Shown here: in pieces, positions 41,701 through 54,700 of the stretch
Numbering within the stretch: position 1 is the stretch's first letter
Layout of the letters: each line of letters begins with the position of its first letter
DNA from: the human T2T-CHM13v2.0 reference genome, Homo sapiens
Length of the DNA stretch: 64,000 nucleotides
Strand: one strand, 5' to 3'
NCBI RefSeq assembly: GCF_009914755.1
Contig: NC_060936.1
Notes under the pieces: model-generated
Databases searched by the model: none
Told to the model about the DNA's origin: nothing
The model's input: only the letters and a program-made list of their open reading frames with translations
Program-made: the position numbers and the translations under genes

Positions 41701-42700
41701 TTATACGAAGATGTTTCCTTTTCTACCTTTGGTCTCAAAGCGATTGAAATCTCCACATGGAAACTCCACAAAAAGAGTGTTTCAAATCTGCTCTTTCTGA
41801 AGGAAGGTTCAACTCTGTGAGTTGAATACACACACCACAAATCAGTTACTGAGAATTCTTCTGTGTAACATTATATGAGGAAATCCCGTTTCCAACGAAG
41901 GCCTCAAAGAGGTCCAAATGTCCACTTGCAGACTTTACAAAGACAGTGTCTCCAAACTCCTCCATCAAAAGAAAGGTTATACTCTGTGAATTGAGCACAC
42001 ATCACAATGTAGTTTCTGAGAATGATTCTGTCTAGTTTTTATACGAAGATATTTCCTTTTCTACATTTGGCCAAAAAGCGCTTGAAATCTCCACCTGCAA
42101 ATATCACAAAAAGAGGGTTTCACATCTGCTCTGTCTAAAGGACAGTTCACCTCTGTGAGTTGAATAGATTCAACACAAAGAATTTACTGAGTATTCTTCT
42201 TTCTAGCGTTCTATGAAGAAATCCCGTTTCCAACGAAGGCCTCAAAGAGGTCCAAATATCTGCTTGCAGACTTTACAGACAGAGTGTTTCCAAACTACTC
42301 TATGAAAAGAAAGCTTAAACTCCGTGAGTTGAACGCACACATCACAAAGTAGTTTCTGAGAATGATTCTGTCTTGTTTTTATACGAAGATATTTCCGTTT
42401 CTACGATTGGCCTCAAAGCGATTGAAATCTCCAACTGGAAACTGCACAAACAGGGTGTTTCAAATCTGCTCTGTCTAAAGGAAGGTTCAACTCTGTGAGT
42501 TGAATACACACACCACAAATCAGTTACTGAGAATTCTTCAGTGTAACATTATATGAGGAAATCCCGTTTCCAACGAAGGCCTCAAAGAGGTCCAAATGTC
42601 CACTTGCAGATTTACAAAGACAGTGTCTCCAAACTCCTCCATCAAAAGAAAGGTTATACTCTGTGAATTGAACGCACACATCACAAAGTAGTTTCTGAGA
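26755..42700 (-). repeat. HOR subtype 2, block 1
   Basis: A dimers carry ttgccgacatggcaaacacagtg and gagatgaac. B dimers carry gctagaaatc, aaagtaaagttcagctc, cttctgtctaac and gacttgtcaaac. D dimers carry actccgtgag. Confidence 0.88.
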
Positions 42701-45700
42701 ATGCTTCTGTCCAGTTTTTATACGAAGATATTTCCTTTTCTACATTTGGCCTAAAAGCGCTTGGAATCTCCACCTGCAAATATCACCAAAAGAGGGTTTC
42801 ACATCTGCTCTGTCTAAAGGTCAGTTCACCTCTGTGAGTTGAATAGAGGCAACACAAAGAACTTACTCAGTATTCTTCTTTCTAGCGTTATATGAAGAAA
42901 TCCCGTTTCCAACGAAGGCCTCAAAGAGGTCCAAATATCTGCTTGCAGACTTTACAGACAGAGTGTTTCCAAACTACTCTATGAAAAGAAAGCTTAAACT
43001 CCTTGAGTTGAACGCACACATCACAAAGAAGTTTCTGAGAATGATTCTGTCTTGTTTTTATACGAAGATGTTTCCTTTTCTACATTTGGTCTCAAAGCGA
43101 TTGAAATCTCCAACTGGAAACTGCACAAATAGGGTGTTTCAAATCTGCTCTGTCTAAAGGAAGGTTCAACTCTGTGAGTTGAATACACACACCACAAATA
43201 AGTTACTGAGAATTCTTCTGTCGAACATTACATGAAGAAATCCCGTTTCCAACAAAGGCCCAAAAGAGGTCCAAATATCCACTTGCAGACATTACAAACA
43301 GTGTGTTTCCAAACTGCTCCATCAAAAGAAAGGTTAAACTCTGTGAGCTGAACACACACATCAAAAGGAAGTTTCTGTGAATGATTCTGTCTAGATTTTA
43401 TAAGAAGATGTTTCCTTTTCTACTGTAGGCCTCAAAGCGCTTGAAATCTCCAGCTGCAAATTCCACAAAAAGGGTGTTTAACATCTGCTCTTCTAAAGGA
43501 AAGTTCAACTCTATGAGTTGAATACACACAGCACAAAGAAGTTACTGAGACTACTCCTATCAAACATTATATGAAGAAATCCCATTTCCAACGAAGGCCC
43601 CAAAGAGGTCCAAATATCTGCTTGCAGACTTTACAGACAGAGTGTTTCCAAACTGCTCCATCAAAAGAAAGGTTAACCTCCTTGAGTTGAACACACACAT
43701 CACAAAGTAGTTTCTGTGAATGATTCTGTCTAGTTTTTATACGAAGATATTTCCGTTTCTACCTTTGGTCTCAAAGCGATTGAAATCTCCACATGGAAAC
43801 TCCACAAAAAGAGTGTTTCAAATCTGCTCTTTCTGAAGGAAGGTTCAACTCTGTGAGTTGAATACACACACCACTAATAAGTTACTGAGAATTCTTCTGT
43901 GTAGCATTATATGAGGAAATCCCGTTTCCAACGAAGTTCTCAAAGAGGTCCAAAAATCCACTTGCAGACTTTACAAAGACAGTGTGTCCAAACTCCTCCA
44001 TCAAAAGAAAGCTTATACTCTGTGAATTGAACGCACACATCACAAAGTAGTTTCTGAGAATGATTCTGTCTAGTTTTTATACGAGGATATTTCCTTTTCT
44101 ACATTTGGCCTAAAAGCGCTTGAAATCTCCACCTGCAAATATCACAAAAAGAGGGTTTCACATCTGCTCTGTCTAAAGGACAGTTCACCTCTGTGAGTTG
44201 AAGAGAGGCAACACAAAGAACTTACTCAGTATTCTTCTTTCTAGCGTTATATGAAGAAATCCCGTTTCCAACGAAGACCTCAAAGAGGTCCAAATATCTG
44301 CTTGCAGACTTTACAGACAGAGTGTTTCCAAACTACTCTATGAAAAGAAAGCTTCAACTCCTTGAGTTGAACGCACACATCACAAAGTAGTTTCTGAGAA
44401 TGATTCTGTCTTGTTTTTATACAAAGATATTTCCGTTTCTATGATTGGCCTCAAAGCGATTGAAATCTCCAACTGGAAACTGTACAAATAGGGTGTTTCA
44501 AATCTGCTCTGTCTAAAGGAAGGTTCAACTCTGTGAGTTGAATACACACACCACAAATAAGTTACTGAGAATTCTTCTGTCGAACATTACATGAAGAAAT
44601 CCCGTTTCCAACGAACGCCTCAAAGAGGTCCAAATATCCACTTGCAGACATTACAAACAGAGTGTTTCCAAACTGCTCCATCAAAAGAAAGGTTAAACTC
44701 TGTGAGCTGAACACACACATCAAAAAGAAGTTTCTGTGAATGATTCTGTCTAGATTTTATAAGAAGATGTTTCCTTTTCTACTGTAGGCCTCAAAGCGCT
44801 TGAAATCTCCAGCTGCAAATTCCACAAAAAGGGTGTTTAACATCTGCTCTTCTAAAGGAAAGTTCAACTCTATGAGTTGAATACACACAGCACAAAGAAG
44901 TTACTGAGACTTCTCCTATCAAACATTATATGAAGAAATCCCGTTTCCAACGAAGGCCTCAAAGAAGTCCAAATATCTGCTTGCAGACTTTACAGACAGA
45001 GTGTTTCCAAACTGCTCGATCAAAAGAAAGGTTAAACTCCTTGAGTTGAACACACACATCACAAAGTAGTTTCCGTGAATGATTCTGTCTAGTTTTTATA
45101 CGACGATGTTTCCTTTTCTACCTTTGGTCTCAAAGCGATTGAAATCTCCACATGGAAACTCCACAAAAAGAGTGTTTCAAATCTGCTCTTTCTGAAGGAA
45201 GGTTCAACTCTATGAGTTGAGTACACACACCACAAATAAGTTACTGAGAATTCTTCTCTGTAACATTATATGAGGAAATCCCGTTTCCAACGAAGGCCTC
45301 AAAGAGGTCCAAATATCCACTTGCAGACTTTACAAAGACAGTGTCTCCGAACTCCTCCATCAAAAGAAAGGTTATACTCTGTGAATTGAACGCACACATC
45401 ACAAAGTAGTTTCTGAGAATGATTCTGTCTAGTTTTTATACGAGGATATTTCCTTTTCTACATTTGGCCTAAAAGCGCTTGAAATCTCCACCTGCAAATA
45501 TCACAAAAAGAGGGTTTCACATCTGCTCTGTCTAAAGGACAGTTCACCTCTGTGAGTTGAATAGAGGCAACACAAAGAACTTACTCAGTATTCTTCTTTC
45601 TAGCGTTATATGAAGAAATCCCGTTTCCAACGAAGGCCTCAAAGAGGTCCAAATATCTGCTTGCAGACTTTACAGACAGAGTGTTTCCAAACTACTCTAT

Positions 45701-48700
45701 GAAAAGAAAGCTTAAACTCCTTGAGTTGAACGCACACATCACAAAGAAGTTTCTGAGAATGATTCTGTCTAGTTTTTATACGAAGATGTTTCCTTTTCTA
45801 CATTTGGTTTCAAAGCAATTGAAATCTCCAACTGGAAACTGCACAAATAGGGTGTTTCAAATCTGCTCTGTCTAAAGGAAGGTTCAACTCTGTGAGTTGA
45901 ATACACACACCACAAATAAGTTACTGAGAATTCTTCTGTCGAACATTACATGAAGAAATCCCGTTTCCAACGAAGGCCTCAAAGAGGTCCAAATATCCAC
46001 TTGCAGACATTACAAACAGTGTGTTTCCAAACTGCTCCATCAAAAGAAAGGTTAAACTCTGTGAGCTGAACACACACATCAAAAGGAAGTTTCTGTGAAT
46101 GATTCTCTCTAGATTTTATAAGAAGATGTTTCCTTTTCTACCGTAGGCCTCAAAGCGCTTGAAATCTCCAGCTGCAAATTCCACAAAAAGGGTGTTTAAC
46201 ATCTGCTCTTCTAAAGGAAAGTTCAACTCTATGAGTTGAATACACACAGCACAAAGAAGTTACTGAGACTACTCCTATCAAACATTATATGAAGAAATCC
46301 CATTTCCAACGAAGGCCTCAAAGAGGTCCAAATATCTGCTTGCAGACTTTACAGACAGAGTGTTTCCAAACTGCTCCGTCAAAAGAAAGGTTAACCTCCT
46401 TGAGTTGAACACACACATCACAAAGTAGTTTCTGTGAATGATTCTGTCTAGTTTTTATACGAAGATATTTCCGTTTCTACATTTGGTCTCAAAGCGATTG
46501 AAATCTCCACATGGAAACTCCACAAAAAGAGTGTTTCAAATCTGCTCTTTCTGAAGGAAGGTTCAACTCTGTGAGTTGAATACACACACCACTAATAAGT
46601 TACTGAGAATTCTTCTGTGTAACATTATATGAGGAAATCCCGTTTCCAACGAAGGCCTCAAAGAGGTCCAAATATCCACTTGCAGACTTTACAAAAACAG
46701 TGTCTCCAAACTCCTCCATCAAAAGAAAGGTTATACTCTGTGAATTGAACGCACACATCACAAAGTAGTTTCTGAGAATGATTCTCTCTAGTTTTTATAC
46801 GAGGATATTTCCTTTTCTACATTTGGCCTAAAAGCGCTTGAAATCTCCACCTGCAAATATCACAAAAAGAGGGTTTCACATCTGCTGTGTCTAAAGGACA
46901 GTTCACCTCTGTGAGTTGAATAGAGGCAACACAAAGAACTTACTCAGTATTCTTCTTTCTAGCGTTCTATGAAGAAATCCCGTTTCCAACGAAGGCCTCA
47001 AAGAGGTCCAAATATCTGCTTGCAGACTTTACAGACAGAGTGTTTCCAAACTACTCTATGAAAAGAAAGCTTAAACTCCTTGAGTTGAACGCACACATCA
47101 CAAAATAGTTTCTGAGAATGATTCTGTCTTGTTTTTATACGAAGATATTTCCGTTTCTATGATTGGCCTCAAAGCGATTGAAATCTCCAACTGGAAATTG
47201 CACAAATAGGGTGTTTCAAATCTGCTCTGTCTAAAGGAAGGTTCAACTCTGTGAGTTGAATACACACACCACAAATAAGTTACTGAGAATTCTTCTGTCG
47301 AACATTACATGAAGAAATCCCGTTTCCAACGAACGCCTCAACGAGGTCCAAATATCCACTTGCAGGCATTACAAACAGAGTGTTTCCAAACTGCTCCATC
47401 AAAAGAAAGGTTAAACTCTGTGAGCTGAACACACACATCAAAAAGAAGTTTCTGTGAATGATTCTGTCTAGATTTTATAAGAAGATGTTTCCTTTTCTAC
47501 GGTAGGCCTCAAAGCGCTTGAAATCTCCAGCTGCAAATTCCACAAAAAGGGTGTTTAACATCTGCTCTTCTAAGGGAAAGTTCAACTCTATGAGTTGAAT
47601 ACACACAGCACAAAGAAGTTACTGAGACTTCTCCTATCAAACATTATATGAAGAAATCCCGTTTCCAACGAAGGCCTTAAAGAGGTCCAAATATCTGCTT
47701 GCAGACTTTACAGACAGAGTTTTTCCAAACTGCTCCATCAAAAGAAATGTTAAACTCCTTGAGTTGAACACACACATCACAAAGCAGTTTCTGTGATTGA
47801 TTCTGTCTAGTTTTTATACGACGATGTTTCCTTTTCTACCTTTGGTCTCAAAGCGATTGAAATCTCCACATGGAAGCTCCACAAAAAGAGTGTTTCAAAT
47901 CTGCTCTTTCTGAAGGAAGGTTCAACTCTGTGAGTTGAATACACACACCACAAATAAGTTACTGAGAATTCTTCTCTGTAACATTATATGAGGAAATCCC
48001 GTTTCCAACGAAGGCCTCAAAGAGGTCCAAATATCCACTTGCAGACTTTACAAAGACAGTGTCTCCAAACTCCTCCATCAAAAGAAAGGTTATACTCTGT
48101 GAATTGAACGCACACATCACAAAGTAGTTTCTGAGAATGATTCTGTCTAGTTTTTATACGAGGATATTTCCTTTTCTACATTTGGCCTAAAAGCGCTTGA
48201 AATCTCCACCTGCAAATATCACAAAAAGAGGGTTTCACATCTGCTCTGTCTAAAGGACAGTTCACCTCTGTGAGTTGAATAGAGGCAACACAAAGAACTT
48301 ACTCAGTATTCTTCTTTCTAGCGTTATATGAAGAAATCCCGTTTCCAACGAAGGCCTCAAAGAGGTCCAAATATCTGCTTGCAGACTTTACAGACAGAGT
48401 GTTTCCAAACTACTCTATGAAAAGAAAGCTTAAACTCCTTGAGTTGAACGCACACATCACAAAGAAGTTTCTGAGAATGATTCTGTCTAGTTTTTATACG
48501 AAGATGTTTCCTTTTCTACATTTGGTTTCAAAGCGATTGGAATCTCCAACTGGAAACTGCACAAATAGGGTGTTTCAAATCTGCTCTGTCTAAAGGAAGG
48601 TTCAACTCTGTGAGTTGAATACACACACCACAAATAAGTTACTGAGAATTCTTCTGTCGAACATTACATGAAGAAATCCCGTTTCCAACGAAGGCCTCAA

Positions 48701-51700
48701 AGAGGTCCAAATATCCACTTGCAGACATTACAAACAGTGTGTTTCCAAACTGCTCCATCAAAAGAAAGGTTAAACTCTGTGAGCTGAACACACACATCAA
48801 AAGGAAGTTTCTGTGAATGATTCTCTCTAGATTTTATAAGAAGATGTTTCCTTTTCTACCGTAGGCCTCAAAGCGCTTGAAATCTCCAGCTGCAAATTCC
48901 ACAAAAAGGTGTTTAACATCTGCTCTTCTAAAGGAAAGTTCAACTCTATGAGTTGAATACACACAGCACAAAGAAGTTACTGAGACTACTCCTATCTAAC
49001 ATTATATGAAGAAATCCCATTTCCAACAAAGGCCTCAAAGAGGTCCAAATATCTGCTTGCAGACTTTACAGACAGAGTGTTTCCAAACTGCTCCGTCAAA
49101 AGAAAGGTTAACCTCCTTGAGTTGAACACACACATCACAAAGTAGTTTCTGTGAATGATTCTGTCTAGTTTTTATACGAAGATATTTCCGTTTCTACATT
49201 TGGTCTCAAAGCGATTGAAATCTCCACATGGAAACTCGACAAAAAGAGTGTTTCAAATCTGCTCTTTCTGAAGGAAGGTTCAACTCTGTGAGTTGAATAC
49301 ACACACCACTAATAAGTTACTGAGAATTCTTCTGTGTAACATTATATGAGGAAATCCCGTTTCCAACGAAGGCCTCAAAGAGGTCCAAATATATACTTGC
49401 AGACTTTACAAAAACAGTGTCTCCAAACTCCTCCATCAAAAGAAAGGTTATACTCTGTGAATTGAACGCACACATCACAAAGTAGTTTCTGAGAATGATT
49501 CTGTCTAGTTTTTATACGAGGATATTTCCTTTTCTACATTTGGCCTAAAAGCGCTTGAAATCTCCACCTGCAAATATCACAAAAAGAGGGTTTCACATCT
49601 GCTCTGTCTAAAGGACAGTTCACCTCTGTGAGTTGAATAGAGGCAACACAAAGAACTTACTCAGTATTCTTCTTTCTAGCGTTCTATGAAGAAATCCCGT
49701 TTCCAACGAAGGCCTCAAAGAGGTCCAAATATCTGCTTGCAGACTTTACAGACAGAGTGTTTCCAAACTACTCTATGAAAAGAAAGCTTAAACTCCTTGA
49801 GTTGAACGCACACATCACAAAGAAGTTTCTGAGAATGATTCTGTCTAGTTTTTATACGAAGATGTTTCCTTTTCTACATTTGGTTTCAAAGCGATTGAAA
49901 TCTCTAACTGGAAACTGCACAAATAGGGTGTTTCAAATCTGCTCTCTCTAAAGGAAGGTTCAACTCTGTGAGTTGAATACACACACCACAAATAAGTTAC
50001 TGAGAATTCTTCTGTCGAACATTACATGAAGAAATCCCGTTACCAACGAAGGCCTCAAAGAGGTCCAAATATCCACTTGCAGACATTACAAACAGTGTGT
50101 TTCCAAACTGCTCCATCAAAAGAAAGGTTAAACTCTGTGAGCTGAACACACACATCAAAAGGAAGTTTCTGTGAATGATTCTCTCTAGATTTTATAAGAA
50201 GATGTTTCCTTTTCTACCGTAGGCCTCAAAGCGCTTGAAATCTCCAGCTGCAAATTCCACAAAAAGTGTGTTTAACATCTGCTCTTCTAAAGGAAAGTTC
50301 AACTCTATGAGTTGAATACACACAGCACAAAGAAGTTACTGAGACTTCTCCTATCAAACATTATATGAAGAAATCCCGTTTCCAACGAAGGCCTCAAAGA
50401 GGTCCAAATATCCACTTGCAGACGTGACAAACAGAGTGTTTCCAAACTGCTCCATCAAAAGAAAGGTTAAACTCTGTGAGTTGAACACACACATCACAAA
50501 GTAGTTTCTGTGAATGATTCTGTCTAGTTTTTATACGAAGATGTTTCCTTTTCTACCTTTGGTCTCAAAGCGATTGAAATCTCCACATGGAAACTCCACA
50601 AAAAGAGTGTTTCAAAGCTGCTCTTTCTGAAGGCAGGTTCAACTCTGTGAGTTGAATACACACACCACAAATAAGTTACTGAGAATTCTTCTGTGTAACA
50701 TTATATGAGGAAATCCCGTTTCCAACGAAGGCCTCAAAGAGGTCCAAATATCCACTTGCAGACTTTACAAAGACAGTGTCTCCAAACTCCTCCCTCAAAA
50801 GAAAGGTTATACTCTGTGAATTGAACGCACACATCACAAAGAAGTTTCTGAGAATGATTCTGTCTAGTTTTTATACGAAGATATTTCCTTTTCTACATTT
50901 GGCCTAAAAGCGCTTGAAACCTCCACCTGCAAATATCACAAAAAGAGGGTTTCACATCTGCTCTGTCTAAAGGACAGTTCACCTCTGTGAGTTGAATAGA
51001 GGCAACACCAAGAACTTACTCAGTATTCTTCTTTCTAGCGTTATATGAAAAAATCCCGTTTCCAACGAAGGCCTCAAAGAGGTCCAAATATCTGCTTGCA
51101 GACTTTACAGACAGAGTGTTTCCAAACTACTCTATGAAAAGAAAGCTTAAACTCCTTGAGTTGAATGCACACATCACAAAGCAGTTTCTGAGAATGATTC
51201 TGTCTTGTTTTTATACGAAGATATTTCCGTTTCTATGATTGGCCTCAAACCATTGAAATCTCCAACTGGAAACTGCACAAATAGGGTGTTTCAAATCTGC
51301 TCTGTCTAAAGGAAGGTTCAACTCTGTGAGTTGAATACACACACCACAAATAAGTTACTGAGAATTCTTCTGTCGAATATTACATGAAGAAATCCCGTTT
51401 CCAACGAAGGCCTCAAAGAGGTCCAAATATCCACTTGCAGACATTACAAACAGAGTGTTTCCAAACTGCTCCATCAAAAGAAAGGTTAAACTCTGTGAGC
51501 TGAACACACACATCAAAAAGAAGTTTCTGTGAATGATTCTGTCTAGATTTTATAAGAAGATGTTTCCTTTTCTAACGTAGGCCTCAAAGCGCTTGAAATC
51601 TCCAGCTGCAAATTCCACAAAAAGGGTGTTTAACATCTGCTCTTCTAAAGGAAAGTTCAACTCTATGAGTTGAATACACACAGCACAAAGAAGTTACTGA

Positions 51701-54700
51701 GACTTCTCCTATCAAACATTATATGAAGAAATCCCGTTTCCAACGAAGGCCTCAAAGAGGTCCAAATATCCACTTGCAGAAGTGACAAACAGAGTGTTTC
51801 CAAACTGCTGCATCAAAAGAAAGTTTAAACTCTGTGAGTTGAACACACACATCACAAAGTAGTTTCCGTGAATTATTCTGTCAATTTTTTATACGAAGAT
51901 GTTTCCTTTTCTACCTTTGGTCTCAAAGCAATTGAAATCTCCACATGGAAACTCCACAAAAAGAGTGTTTCAAATCTGCTCTTTCTGAAGGAAGGTTCAA
52001 CTCTGTGAGTTGAATACACACACCACAAATAAGTTACTGAGAATTCTTCTGTGTAACATTATATGAGGAAATCCCGTTTCCAACGAAGGCCTCAAAGAGG
52101 TCCAAATATCCACTTGCAGACTTTACAAAGACAGTGTCTCCAAACTCCTCCATCAAAAGAAAGGTTATACTCTGTGAATTGAATGCACACATCACAAAGT
52201 AGTTTCTGAGAATGATTCTGTCTAGTTTTTATACGAAGATATTTCCTTTTCTACATTTGGCCTAAAAGCGGTTGAAATCTCCACCTGCAAATATCAAAAA
52301 AAGAGGGGTTCACATCTGCTGTGTCTAAAGGACAGTTCACCTCTGTGAGTTGAATAGAGGCAACACCAAGAACTTACTCAGTATTCTTCTTTCTAGCGTT
52401 ATATGAAGAAATCCCGTTTCCAACGAAGGCCTCAAAGAGGTCCAAATATCTGCTTGCAGACTTTACAGACAGAGTGTTTCCAAACTATTCTATGAAAAGA
52501 AAGCTTAAACTCCTTGAGTTGAACACACACATCACAAAGTAGTTTCTGAGAATGATTCTGTCTTGTTTTTAAACGAAGATATTTCCGTTTCTATGATTGG
52601 CCTCAAAGCCACTGAAATCTCCAACTGGAAACTGCACAACTAGGGTGTTTCAAATCTGCTCTGTCTAAAGGAAGGTTCAACTCTGTGAATTGAATACACA
52701 CACCACAAATAAGTTACTGAGAATTCTTCTGTCGAACATTACATGAAGAAATCCCGTTTCCAACGAAGGCCTCAAAGAGGTCCAAATATCCACTTGCAGA
52801 CATTACAAACAGAGGGTTTCCAAACTGCTCCATGAAAAGAAAGGTTAAACTCTGTGAGCTGAACACACACATCAAAAAGAAGTTTCTGTGAATGATTCTG
52901 TCTAGATTTTATAAGAAGATGTTTCCTTTTCTACCGGAGGCCTCAAAGCGCTTGAAATCTCCAGCTGCAAATTCCACAAAAAGGGTGTTTAACATCTGCT
53001 CTTCTAAAGGAAAGTTCAACTCTATGAGTTGAATACACACAGCACAAAGAAGTTACTGAGACTTCTCCTATCAAACATTATATGAAGAAATCCCGTTTCC
53101 AACGAAGGCCTCAAAGAGGTCCAAATATCTGCTTGCAGACTTTACAGACAGAGTTTTTCCAAACTGCTCCATCAAAAGAAAGGTTAAACTCCTTGAGTTG
53201 AACACACACATCACAAAGTAGTTTCTGTGAATGATTCTGTCTAGTTTTTATACGAAGATGTTTCCTTTTCTACCTTTGGTCTCAAAGCGATTGAAATCTC
53301 CATATGAAAACTCCACAAAAAGAGTGTTTCTAATCTGCTCTTTCTGAAGGAAGGTTCAACTCTGTGAGTTGAATACACACACCACAAATAAGTTACTGAG
53401 AATTCTTCTGTGTAACATTATATGAGAAAATCCCGTTTCCAACGAAGGCCTCAAAGAGGTCCAAATATCCACTTGCAGACTTTACAAAGACAGTGTCTCC
53501 AAACTCCTCCATCAAAAGAAAGGTTATACTCTGTGAATTGAACGCACACATCACAAAGTAGTTTCTGAGAATGATTCTGTCTAGTTTTTATACGAAGATA
53601 TTTCCTTTTCTACATTTGGCCTAAAAGCGCTTGAAATCTCCACCTGCAAATATCACAAAAAGAGGGTTTCACATCTGCTCTGTGTAAAGGACAGTTCACC
53701 TCTGTGAGTTGAATAGAGACAACACCAAGAACTTACTCAGTACTCTTCTTTCTAGCGTTCTATGAAGAAATCCCGTTTCCAACGAAGGCCTCAAAGAGGT
53801 CCAAATATCTGCTTGCAGACTTTACAGACAGAGTGTTTCCAAACTTCTCCATCAAAAGAAAGGTTAAACTCTGTGAGCTGAACACACACATCAAAAAGAA
53901 GTTTCTGTGAATGATTCTGTCTAGATTTTATAAGAAGATGTTTCCTTTTCTACCATAGGCCTCAAAGCGCTTGAAATCTCCAGCTGCAAATTCCACAAAA
54001 AGGGTGTTTAACATCTGCTCTTCTAAAGGAAAGTTCAACTCTATGAGTTGAATACACACAGCACAAAGAAGTTACTGAGACTTCTCCTATCAAACATTAT
54101 ATGAAGAAATCCCGTTTCCAACGAAGGCCTCAAAGAGGTCCAAATATCCACTTGCAGACGTGACAAACAGAGTTTTTCCAAACTGCTCTATCAAAAGAAA
54201 GGTTAAACTCTGTGAGTTGAACACACACATCACAAAGTAGTTTCTGTGAATGATTCTGTCTAGTTTTTATACGAAGATGTTTCCTTTTCTACCTTTTGTC
54301 TCAAAGCGATTGAAATCTCCACATGGAAACTCCACAAAAAGAGTGTTTCAAATCTGCTCTTTCTGAAGGAAGGTTCAACTCTGTGAGTTGAATACACACA
54401 CCACAAATAAGTTACTGAGAATTCTTCTGTGTAACATTATATGAGGAAATCCCGTTTCCAACGAAGGCCTCAAAGAGGTCCAAATATCCACTTGCAGACT
54501 TTACAAAGACAGTGTCTCCAAACTCCTCCATCAAAAGAAAGGTTATACTCTGTGAATTGAACGCACACATCACAAAGTAGTTTCTGAGAATGATTCTGTC
54601 TAGTTTTTATACAAAGATGTTTCCTTTTCTACATTTGGCCTAAAAGCGCTTGAAACCTCCACCTGCAAATATCACAAAAAGAGGGTTTCACATCTGCTCT

